From Candidatus Hermodarchaeum yapensis (GTDB taxonomy: Archaea > Asgardarchaeota > Hermodarchaeia > Hermodarchaeales > Hermodarchaeaceae), in contig JAEOSK010000020.1 in NCBI GenBank assembly GCA_016840405.1, positions 1 to 47,983 on the forward strand: a DNA stretch of 47,983 bases. The letters run 5' to 3'. Shown piece by piece: positions 9,538 through 18,473 of this stretch. A program made the translations under genes and the position numbers. Position 1 is the first letter of the stretch; every line of letters begins with the position of its first letter. The notes under the pieces are model-generated. The model saw only the letters and a program-made list of their open reading frames with translations, did not search any database and was not told where the DNA came from.

Positions 9538-9753
9538 TTATTTGTTCCCAAGATAGAAAATCAAACCCAAAACAAAGAACACACCGACAAACATGACGAC
9601 AAGCACTGTAAGTTCAATATCTAAAAACAAAACAGCTACTGGTGTGCCAATCAAAAGGTAGGGAAAGACAAGAATCGTAATAATCAGTGCCAAAAAGACT
9701 AGTCCAATCATCCATCCACGTTGCCGGCGACTAAACATCGAATACTCCACCAA
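9538..9753 (-). CDS. Small two-TM membrane protein
   Basis: Two hydrophobic helices in 71 aa. Confidence 0.65.
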   Translation of the reverse strand: MVEYSMFSRRQRGWMIGLVFLALIITILVFPYLLIGTPVAVLFLDIELTVLVVMFVGVFFVLGLIFYLGNK

Positions 9754-9915
9754 TTATCGGTTCAAGGGGATTCTCACGACATAGTTCCTTTAAGGTTTTC
9801 GTCATTGGTTAATCTTTACGTTTCAAAAATCAACCAATCCAGAACAGATTTCATGAGGAAGGCTTTTGTAACCTCCATCAAAAGAAACCCCACTCTAAAC
9901 TTAGGTGAACTCTGA

Positions 9916-10878
9916 GTGCTCGTCATACCTGCCCTATTAACCTTAATCAGTGGCATCCTATCGGGTATCGGACACTCCATTCAACGATACGGGCTAGACG
10001 CCCTACCCGAACTAACACCCCAGACATTCTATCGACGGCATATCCATCTTCTCATTACCATATTTACTACACCCATCTGGTTACTCGGAGGTATCCTCGC
10101 CGTATCCGGAGCCGTATTCAGATGGCAAGCCTTCTCAATGGGAGATGTAAGTCAACTCAAACCCCTAACCAACATCAACATCCTCGTCGTCGTAATAGTT
10201 GGCCTATTGTTCCTCCATGAACGTGTTGGACGCTTTGAATGGATCGGAATCTCAGGATTACTTGCGGGTGTCTTTATCCTCAGTATTTCCGCAGAAGAAC
10301 GGATTATCGACGTGTACAACCTTCCTTGGTACCTCACTTCAACCATTCTGTGTTTAATCCTAGTTGCGATCTTTGGCTTCATAGGCTCCCAGCTTGGTCG
10401 AAGTTCACGGGAAAAAGAGTTGTTCTTTGCTATGAGCGCAGGAACCCTCTATGGGATCGCCACGATTTTTCTCAAGGCTATGACCATCGAAGTCATCCAG
10501 GTCTTGGGGTATTTTTACATCTTAGATCCTGTATCACTCTTTGTGCTAGTCACTCGAGGGTCATTCTGGTTGTATCTCTCAAGTTCCGTAGTAGCCTATT
10601 TCCTCCTCCAATGTGCCTACTCTCATCGTCGAGTCTCAGTCGCCTTTCCAGTGAACAACTCACTGTCAACGGTGGTCCCCATCGTAATCTCCGTCGTAGT
10701 CTTTGGTGACTTGATTCTCATTCCGGTTGGTGCGCTGTTGCTCTTCCCATTTTCTTACATCCGCATCATCGGAATCGCAACCATCATCGCCGGGGTTCTG
10801 CTGCTTCGTCGATTCCAGGGGAAAACCTATGATTCATCTGCTGACGACGAAACCACAATGACTGCTAGCAAGCAATAA
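9916..10878 (+). CDS. DMT/EamA superfamily transporter (NIPA-like)
   Basis: About 9-10 TM helices; FLHERVGRFEWIG motif; two internal DMT repeats. Confidence 0.85.
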   Translation: MLVIPALLTLISGILSGIGHSIQRYGLDALPELTPQTFYRRHIHLLITIFTTPIWLLGGILAVSGAVFRWQAFSMGDVSQLKPLTNINILVVVIVGLLFLHERVGRFEWIGISGLLAGVFILSISAEERIIDVYNLPWYLTSTILCLILVAIFGFIGSQLGRSSREKELFFAMSAGTLYGIATIFLKAMTIEVIQVLGYFYILDPVSLFVLVTRGSFWLYLSSSVVAYFLLQCAYSHRRVSVAFPVNNSLSTVVPIVISVVVFGDLILIPVGALLLFPFSYIRIIGIATIIAGVLLLRRFQGKTYDSSADDETTMTASKQ

Positions 10879-11028
10879 GAAGTTGCTAACAAGCAGTAAG
10901 AAATTGTTTAGTTGCCCACCGAATCAAATGACAAACTATTTCAGGAAGGGATGTGGGTGCTGTCGGTACAACTGTTGAGCCAGTTGCATGGGACGCCACA
11001 GAAGGGTGTATTGGGTGGAGAAACCCGC

Positions 11029-11235
11029 CTAAGCGCCGTCCTCGATGTCTCTCTCGTTTTTCTTCTTCCACCAACAGGTTCGGTAAGCAGAGTACCAAGC
11101 TCTCAAGACAGTGGAACCATATAGAATGAGTACTGAAGACGGATGGATGTACAAGCCCCATAACAAGGCACTCACACACCAACCAGTAACGACCAGAGCG
11201 ATCACAACGTAATCTGCCTTTTTCACCTTCAACAC
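11029..11235 (-). CDS. Small membrane protein
   Basis: Two hydrophobic segments and a basic C-terminus in 68 aa. Confidence 0.45.
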   Translation of the reverse strand: MLKVKKADYVVIALVVTGWCVSALLWGLYIHPSSVLILYGSTVLRAWYSAYRTCWWKKKNERDIEDGA

Positions 11236-11278
11236 TATCGCGGACGTTCTCTCTTTTTTGGCTGTGGTTTTTGTCTTT

Positions 11279-11376
11279 TTCTAACGCCGGTGTTACGTTG
11301 CGCTTCGGTGCCTTTTACTACTTTCGCGAAGCAACAAGGTTTTATTTTACATACACTTCGTGAGTAAAAGTTAGCC
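11279..11376. other. attC-like imperfect inverted-repeat site
   Basis: Bounded by TTCTAAC and GTTAGCC; internal arms GTTGCGCTTCG/CGAAGCAAC and TTTTACT...CGAAG/CTTCGTGAGTAAAA. Confidence 0.35.
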
Positions 11377-11400
11377 TTATTGCCTTACGATACTTTCGGT

Positions 11401-11844
11401 TTAGTCCTCTTCTTCCGCCTTGCGGTTGCTAGGCATGATTCTCGGTTTGGCACGATTCACCACTAAGGCCGCTCCGAAGAGAACAATGCTGTTGAAGGGA
11501 ACCAAGAAACCACCGTACACCACCATAAAGATAGCCATGACAAAATAAATAACGCCAACCACAAGGGTGGGGAGTAACCCGTACCATACGTACCGGATGT
11601 TCTTGCTGCGCAAAAACCAGCCCCAGCCCACCAACACCGACGCCACCATAATCAACCACGCCACCCGAGCACCTCCAGCCCCAGTCCAGCTAAGTATTAT
11701 TAGGCTCACCACGGAATTCCCCCAGTAGAGTTGAAAAGTAGGCCAAAGCGTCACACCAAGAGGGGGAATCATGTACCCGATCCAGACCATGGCAAAGGAC
11801 AGGGAAACCCAAATTCGTTCGTGATACTGAACCAACCCTTCCAT
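11401..11844 (-). CDS. Hypothetical multi-pass membrane protein
   Basis: 147 aa with 4-5 hydrophobic helices. Confidence 0.7.
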   Translation of the reverse strand: MEGLVQYHERIWVSLSFAMVWIGYMIPPLGVTLWPTFQLYWGNSVVSLIILSWTGAGGARVAWLIMVASVLVGWGWFLRSKNIRYVWYGLLPTLVVGVIYFVMAIFMVVYGGFLVPFNSIVLFGAALVVNRAKPRIMPSNRKAEEED

Positions 11845-11881
11845 CTCGACAAGTATCTAGTCAACCTCGCCTGAAAAATTT

Positions 11882-12076
11882 TGTCGAAGGTGTGGGGCAG
11901 AACATAGAGTGAGCAAACGCAAAAGAAAGCTGGTTTGCCAGAGTTGTGGTTTAATTATGGATGGAAAAAAATATGTTTCTGAAATCCCCAAAACGCCGAG
12001 GACTGAGACTGGGGACCTATTTGAAACACTTCGACGTGGTGGAAGACGACCTGCTCTCGTGAAAAGAAAAGGATAG
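11882..12076 (+). pseudogene. Start-less zinc-ribbon ORF remnant
   Basis: Translates CRRCGAEHRVSKRKRKLVCQSCGLIMDG...KRKG*; in-frame TAG at 11858 and no canonical start before the first CxxC. Confidence 0.35.
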
Positions 12077-12103
12077 GCTATATCGCTTGTATTTGTTTAT
12101 CTG

Positions 12104-13531
12104 ATGACTTTTAAGGAAAAAAGGAGTTTAACAGGTAGCGAGATACCGCCATACCCACTCATCAGGAAAGGCAAGGTGAAGGGCATGCATCGATTCTTAG
12201 CACAATTGAATGAAGCATGGAAGGCTGGATACGAATTAGTCAAAAAGAGTCCAGTCATTCTAAAACGCACCGACATCAATTCCGTAATGTCACATTCTGG
12301 AAAAATCATGAATGAAAGACGAATTCGTGAAGCACTCGAAACAACCATTGAACTACGAGAAACCGGGGCTGCTGCTATCTCAGATGCATCCCACCAGTCT
12401 CGAAAAGGGCGAACGGATTTCTATCCCACACTCGAACACGCCCACACAATAAATCGAATTTTAGAAATCGAATACCCCGATCACTATGATGAATGGGAAT
12501 ACATCTTCAACGAAACCTCCTGGGGATTACCCCAGTTTGGCTATCTGATCAAAGGACGCAACGTCTTGAGTAATAACATCCGATTTGCACCTTGGGAACT
12601 CAAAGTGCCAGAAGACCTGAACGATACCCCTCCTGTTCAACTTGTTGAAAAACTCCGGGATGCTGGACATCAAGTGTGCTACATTCAGGACGCCTTCCCT
12701 TCTGCTCATCGAGGTGGTAACAAGAAAGATACATCCATGTATGAACTTCCGGCGTTTCTTAAACAACGAGGGATTCCCGTCTTCCCATCTCGCCACTTTG
12801 CAAAAGAGATGGAAAAGTTTGCAAAAATAAACGAACTCATCAATCACAGCAAAAAAGTCGTCGTCGCCCTTTTTGGGGGAAAAGTAACTGATTACCTGGA
12901 AATCATAGCCCTTTACCAACGTCATGATAATGTAGAATTCCTAGCTGGGTCATTACTTAGCCTCGTCTACCTTAAAACCCAATATCCATCTCTAACCTTC
13001 GGAGTTAATGACGAACGATTCTTCCAAGATATTGGCAAAAAGGAATTAGCCCAGTTCAACAGACTCTATGATCCCGACCGAGTGCATCTCGCGAAAGATA
13101 TCATCATCACCACACCTGATGAGATACTCACCAAGACATTAGGTCCAAAAATGAAACTCCGATATGAGGTCCAAGGAATCGGACCCAAAACCGTCGATTA
13201 CTATACAGAGGTGGTGAAGGGTGCTCAATTGCTCATGGTTAATGGCTGCCCGTTCAACATTCGACGCTTCGAAACCTTTGGAGGTTACTTCAAGGACTTC
13301 ATGACCCGAGTACGAAAACGAAATGGTGGTCTAAAAATCTATGAATGCGGAGGCGATGCAATCACTGCCATCAAATTCGCCGAAGTAAAAACAGATATCA
13401 GCTCCACAGCCGGCAAACTGGGTCTCCTAGCCCCAATGATAGAAACCCTAGATGATTTGAAACAACACGCTCCAGCCGTTGTCCCCCTTATCGAATTGAA
13501 TCAAGCATTTCCTCTAAATGCTTCAAAATAG
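12104..13531 (+). CDS. Divergent phosphoglycerate kinase-family protein
   Basis: RTDINS, RIREAL, SHQSRKG, NIRF, QDAFPSAHR, GGKVTD, IGPKT, GGD and STAG occur in the order of the PGK motifs. Confidence 0.8.
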   Translation: MTFKEKRSLTGSEIPPYPLIRKGKVKGMHRFLAQLNEAWKAGYELVKKSPVILKRTDINSVMSHSGKIMNERRIREALETTIELRETGAAAISDASHQSRKGRTDFYPTLEHAHTINRILEIEYPDHYDEWEYIFNETSWGLPQFGYLIKGRNVLSNNIRFAPWELKVPEDLNDTPPVQLVEKLRDAGHQVCYIQDAFPSAHRGGNKKDTSMYELPAFLKQRGIPVFPSRHFAKEMEKFAKINELINHSKKVVVALFGGKVTDYLEIIALYQRHDNVEFLAGSLLSLVYLKTQYPSLTFGVNDERFFQDIGKKELAQFNRLYDPDRVHLAKDIIITTPDEILTKTLGPKMKLRYEVQGIGPKTVDYYTEVVKGAQLLMVNGCPFNIRRFETFGGYFKDFMTRVRKRNGGLKIYECGGDAITAIKFAEVKTDISSTAGKLGLLAPMIETLDDLKQHAPAVVPLIELNQAFPLNASK

Positions 13532-13569
13532 AATCAACGAAATTGAAGCAGACTTCAGATTCTTGTATA

Positions 13570-15669
13570 TTACGAAACGGTTTTTCCGCAATGACCACAG
13601 AAAATCGCATTCGGAGTAAGAGGAGCACCACAATGATAGCAAAAGCCTGACCGTGTTGAACCAGTTGGTACTAGTGACTCTTCAGTGGGTGGAGGGGAAT
13701 AATCCGCTGGTGGAGGCCTATATGCTGGATTATGTTGTGCAGGAACATATTCCGGCGCTTCTTGTCTCCTTCGTCGTTGTAATCGCCAACACACAAAGAG
13801 AACCACGATTAATATGATCGCCGCGCCTAGAATCACCCAGACAATTGTCCCCATTCCTGATAATGGAATGGAATAATATGACCCCGAATTATCATTGGTT
13901 GTCGTCCTGTTAGCGGCATCAGTCACCGTCACATAATATTGCACTGACATCTGTCCTAGATAGTCAAGAGGATGAAATGTACCCAAAAGACCTCGCCATT
14001 GCGTTCCTGAAACGAAGGTCATTCCAACTCGATACCAGGTAGTATCGCCTTGTCGCTGGAAGAAAATTGTAGCATTGACAATCCAAGTGTCATCTGAGGC
14101 TTCCAAAGTGATAATAATCGAGTCACCAAACCCCGCTACCTCTGGCAAATGTGAAACAGAGTGGATAACCGGAGCAGCAAGATCGACAAAGAAACGAGAT
14201 TGGATGCTTAGTCGTCGACCCGTTCCCGCTAGTTCCATAATTAGAGTAGCATTATGGGCTCCAGCTGAAAGACCAATCGCATCATAAGTTGTACCTATGC
14301 CTGTATAACTCAGAGTGCCGTCAACAAGTAATTCAAAGTGGTCAATTCCAGGTCCGGCCGCGGAGCCTGTCCATTCAATCGTGACATTGGGAGATAGAAA
14401 GACGGCTCCATCCAGGGGGTTGAGGAACTCCATGAATGCCCGAATAACTGAGACATTATAGGCTTGACCGACTTCTCCCTCGACAATCATGGAAAATTGT
14501 CCTATTGATGACACATAAGAATCGACTTCACCTGCTCCAATATCAAAAGCACCATCATCTTTCGAAGGCGTCAGCGGATGCGAATCTATGACTTGTACAA
14601 TCCCATGACCAGACTCAAGGGTTTCGTTGATAAATGTGACAATTACTCCTTCATCGGGCAAAGAGGCATCATAACCGATTTGACGTCGGACTTCAATCAA
14701 GAAATACTGATCCGCTGTAACTGGGATTTTCAATAAGTGAACTCCTGTTGTTGAAAGCTCCAGTGGATCAATTAGAGTGGTAGCATCTGTAGCTACTTCG
14801 AACAATCGGCTGCCATTAACCCAACCCATTTCAGTCTTACACCATCCCATCATGTGGGCTGGCTGTTCTCCTAGACCAGCTGGTCCATTCCAAGATCCTG
14901 CAGCCATCAATCCCCAATGGTCCACAAAATGTCTTTCTGCGGGTGTTACATCATACAAGTCCGGAAGACCAAGATCATGTCCAAATTCGTGGGCAAGTGT
15001 ACCAACATTTGAAAGATCACCCGGATAACTCTCTTCAGGGCTGACAGAGGCTCGGGTAATTGTTGTCCCATCGACATTTATTGTAAAGCCTGACCATTCA
15101 CTTGACCAATAATCTTGCCAATCATGGCTCAGCTCTTGTCCCTGTCCAGCATGAATAATGGTAACGCCATCATAGGCGTTAAAATTGACGTAGGGATCTG
15201 CTTCATTGATGGCATCTTCGACGAGTTCAAATTTAGGGTCACTAGGGTGGGAGGTACCTTCAACGTAATATGATCGTTCATGTCCTAGTGGAAGCCATGC
15301 AGTCGTATCGCCATCGATGCTAACCGCACCATAGGAAATCTCATCATAATAAGCATCTAGTTCAGGAATCGAATTGACTTCAACATCATTTGAAGAGAAA
15401 GTATGCGTTTTGTCATCAAATTCCACTAAAATCACAATTAGGTTATATGTTCCTACTGCATCCATTGGTGCATACATCACTTCAGGAGGTAGTGGGTCGT
15501 CCAACCCAATTCGTGAAACAACATACTGAGGTGAAACAGAATCACTTCTCGCCTCCTGGTTCGAACTGGTAGAACCAATTCCTAAAGGTGTCACAAAAAG
15601 TGGTGCAAAAATAAGTATCAACAAAAGGAGGGGGAAGAGTTGTTTTTTCCGTATAGACATCATGGACAT
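13570..15669 (-). CDS. M6 family (immune inhibitor A-like) metalloprotease, membrane-anchored, with C-terminal zinc ribbon
   Basis: Signal peptide; ILVEFDD; YYDEISYG; IIHAGQG; HEFGHDLGLPDLYD; WGLMAAGSW; TM helix followed by RRRR; CYHCG...FCGHCG. Confidence 0.92.
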   Translation of the reverse strand: MSMMSIRKKQLFPLLLLILIFAPLFVTPLGIGSTSSNQEARSDSVSPQYVVSRIGLDDPLPPEVMYAPMDAVGTYNLIVILVEFDDKTHTFSSNDVEVNSIPELDAYYDEISYGAVSIDGDTTAWLPLGHERSYYVEGTSHPSDPKFELVEDAINEADPYVNFNAYDGVTIIHAGQGQELSHDWQDYWSSEWSGFTINVDGTTITRASVSPEESYPGDLSNVGTLAHEFGHDLGLPDLYDVTPAERHFVDHWGLMAAGSWNGPAGLGEQPAHMMGWCKTEMGWVNGSRLFEVATDATTLIDPLELSTTGVHLLKIPVTADQYFLIEVRRQIGYDASLPDEGVIVTFINETLESGHGIVQVIDSHPLTPSKDDGAFDIGAGEVDSYVSSIGQFSMIVEGEVGQAYNVSVIRAFMEFLNPLDGAVFLSPNVTIEWTGSAAGPGIDHFELLVDGTLSYTGIGTTYDAIGLSAGAHNATLIMELAGTGRRLSIQSRFFVDLAAPVIHSVSHLPEVAGFGDSIIITLEASDDTWIVNATIFFQRQGDTTWYRVGMTFVSGTQWRGLLGTFHPLDYLGQMSVQYYVTVTDAANRTTTNDNSGSYYSIPLSGMGTIVWVILGAAIILIVVLFVCWRLQRRRRQEAPEYVPAQHNPAYRPPPADYSPPPTEESLVPTGSTRSGFCYHCGAPLTPNAIFCGHCGKTVS

Positions 15670-15846
15670 AGCTTTTACCTCTGTAGCCCTTCTTCTCCAT
15701 GTTCTGTGAATCATATATCATGTTATGTCGAAGATATACAACGCACTAACAAACCTCTAAAAATCCCAGTGATAAACTTTCGGTTCTACCTACCAGAGAA
15801 ATCGGATTTCTGGTTCCCTCGCAATTAACAAGCTTCCAGAGAAGAA

Positions 15847-16407
15847 CTATGGGGGACCACGCCGTTGGGTATGGTGATTATACATCATTTTCGCCAAAGT
15901 ATTGAAAGCTGTCGTAACATGGTGTCCCGTCTTCGCCGATGTTTCATCATACTGAAACAGCCCAAGCTCCTTTGCAACCTTTGATCCCTGTTCAGGAGTC
16001 ACCTTCCGATTCTTCTCTAAATCCGCTTTGTTTCCTAATAATATGAGAAGCGGCTCTGGTCCTACGGCCTCACGAAATGCATCAACCCATCGAGGAATTG
16101 TTTCAAGGGTCTGTGGACGAGTTAAATCAAATACCAGAATACCACCTGAGGCGCCCTGACAATAACGGGTTCGAAGATCTCGAAAAATATCTTGCCCCGC
16201 TAAATCCCAGATTAATAACTTGAAAAGCTGATTTTCGATTTTTGCATCATAGGTGCTTATATCAATACCAAGTGTACGGCGATAATCGCGATCAAATTTC
16301 CCAGTTACATATTTGTTAACTAGACTAGTTTTTCCAACTGCGGCTTCTCCTAAGGTGACAAGCTTGTACACAGCGTCAAAACGTTTTTCTTCATCAGGAA
16401 TACTCAC
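15847..16407 (-). CDS. Rab-like small GTPase (Ras superfamily, Asgard-type eukaryotic signature protein)
   Basis: G1 GEAAVGKTS, G2 TLGID, G3 WDLAGQ, G4 NKAD, G5 ETSAK; no C-terminal Cys prenylation motif. Confidence 0.93.
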   Translation of the reverse strand: MSIPDEEKRFDAVYKLVTLGEAAVGKTSLVNKYVTGKFDRDYRRTLGIDISTYDAKIENQLFKLLIWDLAGQDIFRDLRTRYCQGASGGILVFDLTRPQTLETIPRWVDAFREAVGPEPLLILLGNKADLEKNRKVTPEQGSKVAKELGLFQYDETSAKTGHHVTTAFNTLAKMMYNHHTQRRGPP

Positions 16408-16492
16408 TGCTCAACCTCCATATCCTGAAAGGAAATCTATCATAATTTAGGAATGGTGTCCCTATAAGGCTTCCCAACACTCCTCCAGTATC

Positions 16493-16876
16493 TCATTTTT
16501 GAGTTAATAAGTCTTTCAATTTCTCTTCGTATTTTTCATACAGTTTCAACAGCTGCTGACCGAGTTCAGTTAAAGCCGTACCACCACTCCCCTCTCTGTA
16601 ACCTCGGCGCTTTTCAACAATTGGCGCGCCAAGTCGTTCTTCCACCTTCCGAAGATATCCCCACGCAAATCGATACGAGGGCGATTCCATTTCACCTAAC
16701 TCATCTTCGGGGAGCGATTTCACCGCCTGACTTATCGACCCATATTCATCAATGCCACGCAACAGAAGTGCCCCTCCCCGTCCTAATATCAGTTCACCAT
16801 CCAGCTCAAACCAAAACTTCGCCTTCGGCACCAACGTCTCAAGTAACGGGGGAGTATTTTTTTTCATTTTCTTCAT
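16493..16876 (-). CDS. ModE N-terminal-type winged-helix transcriptional regulator
   Basis: LGRGGALLLRGIDEYGSISQA...SYRFAWGYL...GGTALTELG. Confidence 0.9.
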   Translation of the reverse strand: MKKMKKNTPPLLETLVPKAKFWFELDGELILGRGGALLLRGIDEYGSISQAVKSLPEDELGEMESPSYRFAWGYLRKVEERLGAPIVEKRRGYREGSGGTALTELGQQLLKLYEKYEEKLKDLLTQK

Positions 16877-17048
16877 ACCTCACCTATCTTGTCATCGAAC
16901 CACAACTAGACTCGCTATAGACAATTGTTCACACTTTATGAAGCTCTCATTACCTCAAATACCTACTGGCATTTGATCAAGCCTGACGCTCCGAAAACTC
17001 TTAACCCATCGCATCCCAACACACATACATTACGCTGAGGACAATGCC

Positions 17049-17801
17049 ATGCCAACCACTACTTTACCCTGGACAATCATCAGCTCACTAAAAGCGCTCC
17101 TTGGCGAGGACTATTCCATCACTGCCTTCGAAAGGCTCCCCAGCCGAAGAAATGAAGTCTTCAAAATCACCGGAACTCAACCTACAAAACCAACACCCAA
17201 AATCCTAATCGCAAAGTTATACCATCAACCCGGAATCGCCCACGAAACGTCCGTACTGAAAACAGCACAAGAGCACCAGATACCCGTCCCACAGGTTATT
17301 GGAACCACCTCCGATGTATTGGTTCTCGAATACATTCCTGGCCCAAATCTCTGTGACCTCATCAACGAAGGCCCAGACCCCAACTACGGACAACTCCTTG
17401 CCTCTTGGCTAGCCAAGTATCATACTGCCTTCCAACGTAATGATACACAAACCCTCATCAAAGGAGATTCACGCATTCGAAACTTTCTCTATCACCACGA
17501 CCACCTAGTTGGAGTTGATTTTGAAGAAAGCCACATTGGTCCTTACTTCGAAGATCTGGCGGTTGCATGTGCCTCCATATTGGACACAGACCCACTGTTT
17601 ACAAAAGAAAAACTCCAACTTTGCAGTATTTTTGTCGAAACATATGCTCCCCTTCACCAAATCGCGGACATACCTCGACTGAAAACAGCTGTGACCACAT
17701 TCATGATCAAGGCTCTGTGGAAAACCGCTGAACGAAGAGGTAATCCACCCGATCTTATTGAGAACATTTCACTTCTGGAAAAAGATGAAATCGTTTTTTA
17801 A
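17049..17801 (+). CDS. APH/RIO-like kinase-fold phosphotransferase
   Basis: SRRNEVF, IAKLY, LVLEYIPG, KGDSRIRNF catalytic loop, VDFEE. Confidence 0.85.
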   Translation: MPTTTLPWTIISSLKALLGEDYSITAFERLPSRRNEVFKITGTQPTKPTPKILIAKLYHQPGIAHETSVLKTAQEHQIPVPQVIGTTSDVLVLEYIPGPNLCDLINEGPDPNYGQLLASWLAKYHTAFQRNDTQTLIKGDSRIRNFLYHHDHLVGVDFEESHIGPYFEDLAVACASILDTDPLFTKEKLQLCSIFVETYAPLHQIADIPRLKTAVTTFMIKALWKTAERRGNPPDLIENISLLEKDEIVF

Positions 17802-17985
17802 CAAAGAATTTTGACATCGATTCGAGGATTCATCTTGAGTTAGGCAAACAGCGAGATTATTCAGAAAATATGAAATGTGCCGATTTCCACGCTAATTATT
17901 AGCCAAAAGCCTTTAAGTCGCCTCCATGCCATCAGAAACAACTCTTAAACAGAGTTGAAACAATAAAAACTATGAAGTGAAAAAA

Positions 17986-18309
17986 ATGTCTGACACTGCA
18001 AAGACTCTGGTGTTAATTGGCGGAATCCTCAACCTGCTCCTCGCCATCGGCATGATTGCTCTCTTTGCCATCATGTTCGGGTGGATGCTCTTAGATCCAA
18101 TGCTGATGATGTTTGCATTACTGGCTGGTGGAGTTTTTATCGCTCTAGCTGTACTCGGTCTGCTCTTTGGTATCTTACCTCTCATGTGGCGAGATAATCC
18201 AGGAGCGCATCGTGTTGGTCTCATCATTTTAGGAATTCTGTCCTTAGGCACCATTGGCGGACTCCTACTACTCATCGGTGGCATCATCGCTGAGGAAGAG
18301 AAGGCTTAG
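17986..18309 (+). CDS. Small multi-TM membrane protein
   Basis: Gly-rich hydrophobic helices ending GGLLLLIGGII. Confidence 0.75.
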   Translation: MSDTAKTLVLIGGILNLLLAIGMIALFAIMFGWMLLDPMLMMFALLAGGVFIALAVLGLLFGILPLMWRDNPGAHRVGLIILGILSLGTIGGLLLLIGGIIAEEEKA

Positions 18310-18331
18310 AACCCATCGCTACCTCGATCAA

Positions 18332-18352
18332 ATTCTTTTTCCCTTTTTTTAT
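18332..18352 (+). terminator. Oligo-T archaeal terminator
   Basis: TTCTTTTTCCCTTTTTTT shortly after the stop at 18309. Confidence 0.5.
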
Positions 18353-18473
18353 TCGTTTAACTAGAGAGAAGGTTCACCGGAGTTTCGAGTCATTGACACA
18401 ACCTTTATGGAGGCATCATGCTAGGAGTGAAGCAGATTATTAATCGATCCGATTGATGAAGAAGGTGTACGTT

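Noticed and set aside
10239-10709. 156-aa alternate-frame ORF and the many other 60-130 aa shadow ORFs in the track
   Set aside because: They lie within or antisense to well-supported genes and have no recognisable motifs.
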